Of a stretch of DNA of 32,000 bases, positions 1-5,449 are shown piece by piece. The stretch spans positions 4,890,001 through 4,922,000 of the forward strand of contig CP104013.1 of NCBI GenBank assembly GCA_025839675.1, in the 5' to 3' direction. The first letter of the stretch is position 1. Every line of letters begins with the position of its first letter. Under the pieces are notes generated by a model, which worked only from the letters and a program-made list of their open reading frames with translations, ran no database searches and was not told where the DNA came from. Source of the DNA: Candidatus Lokiarchaeum ossiferum. GTDB lineage: Archaea; Asgardarchaeota; Lokiarchaeia; Sigyniarchaeales; Promethearchaeaceae. The translations under genes were made by a program, and so were the position numbers.

Positions 1-1
1 T

Positions 2-283
2 ACTGATGAGATGTGTATTGCAGCCGCTGAAGAACTTGCCAAATTTGCTGCTCACAAGGGTATTAGTGAGAATTATATCATTCCTACTATGGAAGATATG
101 CAAGTTTTTATTGATGAGGCAGTTGCTGTTGGTCAAAAAGCAATTGAACAGAATGTTGCTCGAATTCGACTTTCTGCGGATGAAGCAAGGGATATTGCCA
201 CCAAACTCATTACTGATTCCCACGATCAAACAAAATTGTTAATGAAAGAAGGATTTATTCCAGAATATCCAAATTATCTTTAA
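2..283 (+). CDS. NAD(P)-dependent malic enzyme, C-terminal fragment (5' part lies outside the window)
   Basis: The frame is open from the window edge to TAA at 281-283. The translation 'TDEMCIAAAEELAKFA...YIIPTMEDMQVFIDEAVAVGQKAIEQNVAR' fits the recalled C-terminal pattern of prokaryotic malic enzymes (..DEM..AAA.ALA....IIP...D..V...VA.AV..AA...GVAR). Confidence 0.7.
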   Translation, partial: TDEMCIAAAEELAKFAAHKGISENYIIPTMEDMQVFIDEAVAVGQKAIEQNVARIRLSADEARDIATKLITDSHDQTKLLMKEGFIPEYPNYL

Positions 284-297
284 TTCTTTTGGTGTAA

Positions 298-311
298 TTT
301 TTTTTTTTTTT
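298..311 (+). terminator. oligo-T tract (T14), candidate archaeal intrinsic terminator
   Basis: An uninterrupted run of 14 T begins 15 nt after the malic-enzyme stop codon. Oligo-T tracts on the sense strand are the established termination signal for archaeal RNA polymerase. Confidence 0.5.
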
Positions 312-543
312 AAATTTAATTATTTGTTAAAATAATTCTAATTACAAAAATGGAAAAAAAAACGTTCGATTAAATGGAAGATTTGGTCTTTTAACGAATG
401 TCATTTGATAGCTATTTATAACCTTAGGTTAAAACTATTCCAATTGCTCACCCATAAATGAGATTTCTTCCACATCTATTTTAAAGAATTAATATGTATT
501 CTTTTGAATGAATTCATCATCCGAGGGATAGGAACACGAATCT

Positions 544-1035
544 ATGTCTTCACATGACATCACTGATATGGAAATTGGTATTGCTTTAAGCCATTATCAT
601 CATAAACTTGGGCCCCAATTTGTTGGAATTAGTTTCAACTTTACTTCATTTGATTCCATCAGTCAGTATAATATTCTTCAAGATTCAATATCCTCACGAT
701 CGAATGACCTTGCCTTATTTGTGAACAATAAGGAAGGAACCCCCTATACTATCCGAATTAAGAAAATTAAAATATTGGATCCCTTAGCTCGGGGCGGGGT
801 ACAAAGATATGCTGTAGTACTATTAATTCCAAGTGATTTACAAAAATTTGATTTTAATATCGAGGAAATTGCAGAAGATTTAATAGATAAATTGTCCCAA
901 GGTGCCAACATTCATCAATCTTTAAATGCATGGCATACATTATTGAATGATCAATTTGGGGCAATCAAACCTGATGAAGAGCTTAAAATTGTACGACGTA
1001 TTAAACCCAAAACTCAAACTTTAGACTTATTTTAA
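544..1035 (+). CDS. folliculin/Lst7-like longin-domain protein (hypothetical; function inferred from motifs only)
   Basis: 163-aa ORF. 'IGIALSHYHHKLGPQFV' and 'ILDPLARGGVQRYAVVLLIPSD...IAEDLIDKLSQGA' parallel the recalled human FLCN longin segments 'IVALCHFCELHGPRTLF' and '[22 protein letters not shown]...VRGIIDELQGKA'. The size fits a single longin domain. Confidence 0.55.
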   Translation: MSSHDITDMEIGIALSHYHHKLGPQFVGISFNFTSFDSISQYNILQDSISSRSNDLALFVNNKEGTPYTIRIKKIKILDPLARGGVQRYAVVLLIPSDLQKFDFNIEEIAEDLIDKLSQGANIHQSLNAWHTLLNDQFGAIKPDEELKIVRRIKPKTQTLDLF

Positions 1036-1053
1036 TTTTTTTTTATTATTTTT
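1036..1053 (+). terminator. T-rich tract (T9 A TT A T5), candidate terminator
   Basis: The tract starts immediately after TAA at 1033-1035 of the preceding CDS. Confidence 0.45.
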
Positions 1054-1252
1054 GATTACGTTGCTTCCTATCCTTCTAAACGTCTATTATTCTTCTTAAA
1101 TTCTTATTTGGTAAATTATTTTGAAAGTGATTTTGAATCATCGATTTGATATTATTCAGAATGGATGAGGTCAAATTTGATTATTATTCATCTTATTCTA
1201 AAATAATGATGAAATTCATTTTAAGTTCAACTGTCTTTTCTAGTCAATAACA

Positions 1253-2434
1253 GTGATTTCTATGGGAAATGAAAAATATACGTATGTACCATTCGAAGCA
1301 TTATGGCAACTCGAAAAAGATTCTTTTATTGGCATGGGTGTTCCAGATGAGGATGCAAAAATTTGTGCGGATGTGTTATTTGAAGCGGATAAACGAGGTA
1401 TTGATAGTCACGGTGTTGGACGACTATTTATGTATTATGCACGTGTTCGCCGAGGACAACAAAAAGCTACCACAAAAATAACGGTGGAACGTGAGAAAGC
1501 TGGAACTGCTCGATTGGCTGCTGATAATGGTATGGGGCAACCTGTATCTCATAAAGCGATGCAAATGGCGATTGATAAAGCAAAAAAATGTGGAATTGGG
1601 ATGGTGACTGTTGGAGAATCTAATCATTATGGGATTGCAGGTTATTATTCTCTTATGGCTTCAGAACAAGGGTGTATTGGTATAACTGGTACAAACGCAC
1701 GTCCATCTATCGCTCCAACTTGGTCTGTTGAACCGATGCTTGGAACAAATCCCCTTACTATTGCATTTCCAACAGATTATGAACCTACGGGAGGTCATTG
1801 GTTTGCTGATCATGCCACAAGCATTACTCAACGAGGAAAAATTGAGTGGTATGCGCGATTAAATAAACCTGCTCCAAAAGGTTGGGTGATAAACTCTTCT
1901 GGAGAGAATCCTACTGATACAAACCAAATTCTTAAAGATATGTTAGCAAAAAAAGCTGCTCTTACTCCTCTTGGAGGTAGTGGTGAAGAATTGGGTGGTT
2001 ACAAAGGTTATAACTATGCCACTTTTGTTGAAGTGCTTTCGGCTGGATTATGTTCTGCGAATTTCCTTCAAAATTGCCTTGGATTTCATTATGAAGGCGA
2101 AACGCAAGTATTTGATCCTTATCGATTGGGTCATTTCTTTATTGCCGTTGATATTGAAGCTTTTGAAGATCTTAACACTTTTAAGAAAACATCTGGTGAG
2201 ATTTTACGTTCTTGTGCTAATGCTAAAAAACAACCAGGTGCCGATCATATTTATGTTGCTGGCGAAAAAGAATATACTACAATTTTGGAACGTGAAAAAA
2301 CAGGTATTCCGTTATCCGAAGCGACTCAACTTCAATTACTTGAAATGATGGATGAGTTGAAAATGGATAAATCTAATTATCCTATAAAATGGACTGTTGA
2401 ATATTCTGGAAAAGCCGATGCCCAAGGATGGTAA
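1253..2434 (+). CDS. Ldh_2-family malate/L-lactate/L-sulfolactate dehydrogenase
   Basis: Motifs 'GIDSHGVGRL', 'ESNHYGIAGYY', 'EPMLGTNPL' and 'LGGYKGY' are characteristic of the Ldh_2 (ComC/MdhII/YlbC-type) family. The start is either GTG 1253 or ATG 1262. Confidence 0.8.
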   Translation: MISMGNEKYTYVPFEALWQLEKDSFIGMGVPDEDAKICADVLFEADKRGIDSHGVGRLFMYYARVRRGQQKATTKITVEREKAGTARLAADNGMGQPVSHKAMQMAIDKAKKCGIGMVTVGESNHYGIAGYYSLMASEQGCIGITGTNARPSIAPTWSVEPMLGTNPLTIAFPTDYEPTGGHWFADHATSITQRGKIEWYARLNKPAPKGWVINSSGENPTDTNQILKDMLAKKAALTPLGGSGEELGGYKGYNYATFVEVLSAGLCSANFLQNCLGFHYEGETQVFDPYRLGHFFIAVDIEAFEDLNTFKKTSGEILRSCANAKKQPGADHIYVAGEKEYTTILEREKTGIPLSEATQLQLLEMMDELKMDKSNYPIKWTVEYSGKADAQGW

Positions 2435-2460
2435 TAAGTATCCAAATTTTTCATTTGAAA

Positions 2461-2470
2461 TTTTTTTTTT
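2461..2470 (+). terminator. oligo-T tract (T10), candidate terminator
   Basis: T10 lies 27 nt after the TAA (2432-2434) of the Ldh_2 gene, in the 78-nt gap before the next CDS. Confidence 0.45.
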
Positions 2471-2512
2471 GCAATACATTCAAATCCTTTTTTAGCTAAA
2501 TTATATTTATCA

Positions 2513-4069
2513 ATGGTAGATTTTCCCAATAATCCCGTAAAAGCTGAAGATATTAGTCGATTGGATGAAAATTCTGTTAATCTTGGTATTCCGAAGTCAT
2601 TTCTCATGGAATGTGCTGGATTACAAGCGACTAACAAACTTATGGAGATGTATAACCTAAATTCCAGTTCCAAAGTAATTATTTTTGCTGGAACCGGTAA
2701 TAATGGGGGTGATGGGCTTGTTATTGCACGTCATCTTGCTACACGAGGCATAAATGTCATAGTTGCTCTAATTGGAGGGGCTTCCAAAATTCGAACAGAA
2801 GAATCTCAAAGAAATTGGCATATCTTAAGTTCGCTTGTTTTAACTTGTCAGATTGAAGAAATAGTCGATTCTTCCAATATTAAATTATTTGTTGATAAAA
2901 ATTCCAAGGCTGATATTATAGTGGATGCGTTGTTAGGCACGGGAGTAAAAGGAAAAATTCGTGAACCGATTGCCAGTATAATCGATGTTTATAATCAATA
3001 TAAGTGTCCTAAAATTTCTATCGATATTCCCACTGGAATTGATCCAAACACAGGTAAAATTTTCCAAAAAGCAGTAAACTGGGATTTCAGGATCGCCTTC
3101 CATCGAGATAAAATTGGAATCTATAAATTTCCAAATTCTTGGATTGCTCCAATTGGAATTCCTGTTGAAGCTCATGTAATAATAGGTGAAGGCGATCTGC
3201 AACAATGCTTGAAATTAAGATCTCGTTCAAATCACAAAGGTGAATATGGAAAATTACTTATCATTGGCGGGTCTGAAAATTTTTCTGGTGCTCCCGCCTT
3301 AGCTGCTTTAATCGCCATTGAATTTGGTATTGATTTAGTAAATGTTTTGGTTCCCAAAAATATTGCAAATACAGTGCGTCAATATTCTCCTAATCTTATT
3401 GTCCGTGAGGGAATAAATAAAAATTTATGTATAGATGATTTTTTCATGGCAAAAGAACTTTCAAATTGGGCGGATGCAATTGTAATTGGTCCCGGATTGG
3501 GAAAATCTGAAGAAACCACTTCCTTTTTTAAGAAATATGTTTCTTGGTTGCTTACTTCGAAAAAACCTTGTATCATTGATGCTGATGGGATTGGGCTTCT
3601 TGGTGAATTAATTGCTACAGAACAAGTTAACCTTTTGAACTCTAATTGTCTTATCACACCTCACAAAAATGAACTAAACTCGATTATATCCATAGAAAAA
3701 ATTCCTGCTAATGATTCATATTTTGCATCGTGCGATTTTTTCTACAAAAATTTAGCTAAAATTGGCGGAAATTATTTAATAAAAGGAGTGAATGATTATA
3801 TTATACCTCAAGGCTGTCAAAATCCAAAGGAGATTAGAATTAATCGTACTGGATGTCCTGAAATGGCTGTAGGTGGAACGGGGGATGTATTAGCGGGACT
3901 ATGTGGTTCTTTTGCAGCTCTTGGAAATTCTCTCGCACATAGTGCTGGTTGTGCTGCTTTTCTAAATGGATTGCTTGGTGAATACACAAAAAAAATACTC
4001 GGTTCCCGCATAAAAGCATCCGATTTAATCTTACATTTACGTTCTTTTTTAAAAAGTAAAAATTTATGA
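2513..4069 (+). CDS. nnr: bifunctional NAD(P)H-hydrate repair enzyme (epimerase + ADP-dependent dehydratase)
   Basis: The N-terminal half carries the YjeF_N motif 'FAGTGNNGGDGLVIARHL'. The C-terminal half carries carbohydrate-kinase-type motifs 'HKGEYGKLLIIGGS', 'IGPGLG' and 'GGTGDVLAGL'. At 518 aa the length fits the fused enzyme. Confidence 0.85.
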   Translation: MVDFPNNPVKAEDISRLDENSVNLGIPKSFLMECAGLQATNKLMEMYNLNSSSKVIIFAGTGNNGGDGLVIARHLATRGINVIVALIGGASKIRTEESQRNWHILSSLVLTCQIEEIVDSSNIKLFVDKNSKADIIVDALLGTGVKGKIREPIASIIDVYNQYKCPKISIDIPTGIDPNTGKIFQKAVNWDFRIAFHRDKIGIYKFPNSWIAPIGIPVEAHVIIGEGDLQQCLKLRSRSNHKGEYGKLLIIGGSENFSGAPALAALIAIEFGIDLVNVLVPKNIANTVRQYSPNLIVREGINKNLCIDDFFMAKELSNWADAIVIGPGLGKSEETTSFFKKYVSWLLTSKKPCIIDADGIGLLGELIATEQVNLLNSNCLITPHKNELNSIISIEKIPANDSYFASCDFFYKNLAKIGGNYLIKGVNDYIIPQGCQNPKEIRINRTGCPEMAVGGTGDVLAGLCGSFAALGNSLAHSAGCAAFLNGLLGEYTKKILGSRIKASDLILHLRSFLKSKNL

Positions 4070-4121
4070 ACTTGCGTTGCAAGAAAAAACTAATAGGTAT
4101 TACTAAACAAAGTGAAGCATA

Positions 4122-4901
4122 ATGCAAATTTTTCAAGTTATTCCTAATGGTGAAGTGCACGAAATTCTTGATGCGGATAAACCGATTGTTGATCTCTTAG
4201 ATTCAAACGAATCTTACATAATGTGTGATGATGATGCTCGGATTGTTTATTTATGGAAAGGTCGGGAATCTAAAGTTCGATCAAAGTTCATTGGTGCACG
4301 AAAGTTGCAAGATGTAAGAAGTCAAGTTGGCCTAAATTATCGAAGTACTTCAATGGATGAAGACGATGTGCTTGCTGGTGAATTTCCAGAATTTAGCGAA
4401 GCTATTATGAATCCTCGTTCCGATGGATTCGCACGTGAAATTCGTGAAGATGGAGATGATGTTCAATATAAAATTGAAAATGGAAATCCGCCTCCAAAAC
4501 CTAAATCCTACTCGAATTTAAATGCCAATAATTTAAATGAAAATCTCCAACAAACAGGACCAATTTATACTGGCGATGAAGGTGGCTTTTCCTCATATTC
4601 TTTGGCTCAACAATCCGGTGCTAAACCATATTCTAAGGTGGAATTAGAAAAAATAATTGATATTCTAGACGAAGAAGAAATTCCTGCTGGTTTTGAACGA
4701 GAAATGGTTATAATTGGTGATAAAAGTTATTCAGTTACCGAAAAAGTTCAATCATTTTTAGGAAAAAAAACTGTTGAACATCAATTGGAACCTATCAGCA
4801 CTTTACCCGAAGGTGTATTTTTTGCTGAAGGGTACGTTCCACGTGTTTTAGTTCAAGATCAAACGGTTGTTGCAATTGAATTCTTGCGTAAAATAGAATA
4901 A
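4122..4901 (+). CDS. gelsolin/villin-type domain protein (one N-terminal gelsolin repeat, N/P-rich linker, unassigned C-terminal domain)
   Basis: Residues 1-95 read 'MQIFQVIPNGEVHEI...SNESYIMCDDDARIVYLWKGRESKVRSKFIGARKLQDVRSQ...GEFPEFSEAI'. This follows the gelsolin repeat pattern (lqiwrve..., sgDsYil, iy.W.G..ss..Ek..a...a..l, E...F...F). It is followed by a low-complexity segment 'PPPKPKSYSNLNANNLNENLQ' and an ~85-aa C-terminal region I could not assign. Confidence 0.7.
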   Translation: MQIFQVIPNGEVHEILDADKPIVDLLDSNESYIMCDDDARIVYLWKGRESKVRSKFIGARKLQDVRSQVGLNYRSTSMDEDDVLAGEFPEFSEAIMNPRSDGFAREIREDGDDVQYKIENGNPPPKPKSYSNLNANNLNENLQQTGPIYTGDEGGFSSYSLAQQSGAKPYSKVELEKIIDILDEEEIPAGFEREMVIIGDKSYSVTEKVQSFLGKKTVEHQLEPISTLPEGVFFAEGYVPRVLVQDQTVVAIEFLRKIE

Positions 4902-4911
4902 TTTTTTTTTT
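4902..4911 (+). terminator. oligo-T tract (T10), candidate terminator
   Basis: T10 directly follows the TAA (4899-4901) of the gelsolin-domain CDS. Confidence 0.5.
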
Positions 4912-4939
4912 CCAAAAAATGATATTTTTTTAACTTCCA

Positions 4940-5353
4940 ATGTCTTATTTTACATCAAGGAACAAATTAATTATGTCTCTAAATCAAACTGATGCCCAAC
5001 AATTATCTGCTTATTTAGCAAACATCACTCAAAATACTGAGTTGGATGCACTTGCTTTGGTAACTCGAGAAGGTATGCGGTTAGCTTATTCAGCTGTTCC
5101 TGGGTATGAAGTAAGTCCAGATAATTTATCCGCAATGGGGGCAGTATTGCTTCAATCCGGTAATGATTCTGTCACAAAAATTGGGTATAACAAATTGATT
5201 GAAGTTGTTCTTCGTGGAAAAAAGAGTTTTTTAGTTGTCTCAGCAGCAGGACGTTTCTTTTTGATTGGAGCATCTCGCTCAATTCGTGATTTAGGGAAGA
5301 CAGTCACGGTTTTCCGTTATTATTCTAAAAAGATAGGGGAAACTTATCAATAA
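4940..5353 (+). CDS. Roadblock/LC7 (MglB-like) domain protein
   Basis: 'LDALALVTREGMRLAYSAVPGYEVSPDNLSAMGAVLLQSGNDSVTKIGYNKLIEVVLRGKKSFLVVSAAGRFFLIGASRSIRDLGKT' matches the Robl_LC7 pattern (ga.lv..dG..la......d.e.laAm.a.l......... l....i..v.i.......lvv..ag....l..........lG.v). A second possible start is ATG 4973. Confidence 0.75.
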   Translation: MSYFTSRNKLIMSLNQTDAQQLSAYLANITQNTELDALALVTREGMRLAYSAVPGYEVSPDNLSAMGAVLLQSGNDSVTKIGYNKLIEVVLRGKKSFLVVSAAGRFFLIGASRSIRDLGKTVTVFRYYSKKIGETYQ

Positions 5354-5354
5354 A

Positions 5355-5360
5355 TTTTTT
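5355..5360 (+). terminator. short oligo-T tract (T6), weak terminator candidate
   Basis: T6 begins 2 nt after the TAA (5351-5353) of the Roadblock CDS. Confidence 0.3.
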
Positions 5361-5449
5361 ACTTCACTAAACAATTTTTCTTTAATCTTTAATCGTACCA
5401 ATTTATTGAGTTTACATTTTTATTTGGTAATAACCAATATTCAAGTGAC

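Noticed and set aside
6-242. 78-aa ORF in an alternative frame at the left edge.
   Set aside because: It overlaps the malic-enzyme frame, which has a recognisable conserved C-terminus. The alternative translation is Leu-rich nonsense.
284-543. 260-bp gap examined for a small ORF or structured RNA.
   Set aside because: I found only a 7-codon ORF (ATGGAAAAAAAAACGTTCGATTAA) and no convincing stems or GC-rich island like the one that marks the tRNA.
1269-4160. Short ORFs (60-125 aa) nested in, or antisense to, the Ldh_2 and nnr genes: 1269-1481, 1424-1627, 1971-2348, 2377-2673, 2933-3205, 3379-3657, 3817-4011 and 3840-4160.
   Set aside because: Their translations are low-complexity, Leu/Phe/Ile/Lys-rich sequences typical of off-frame AT-rich DNA. 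All overlap CDSs with strong family motifs.
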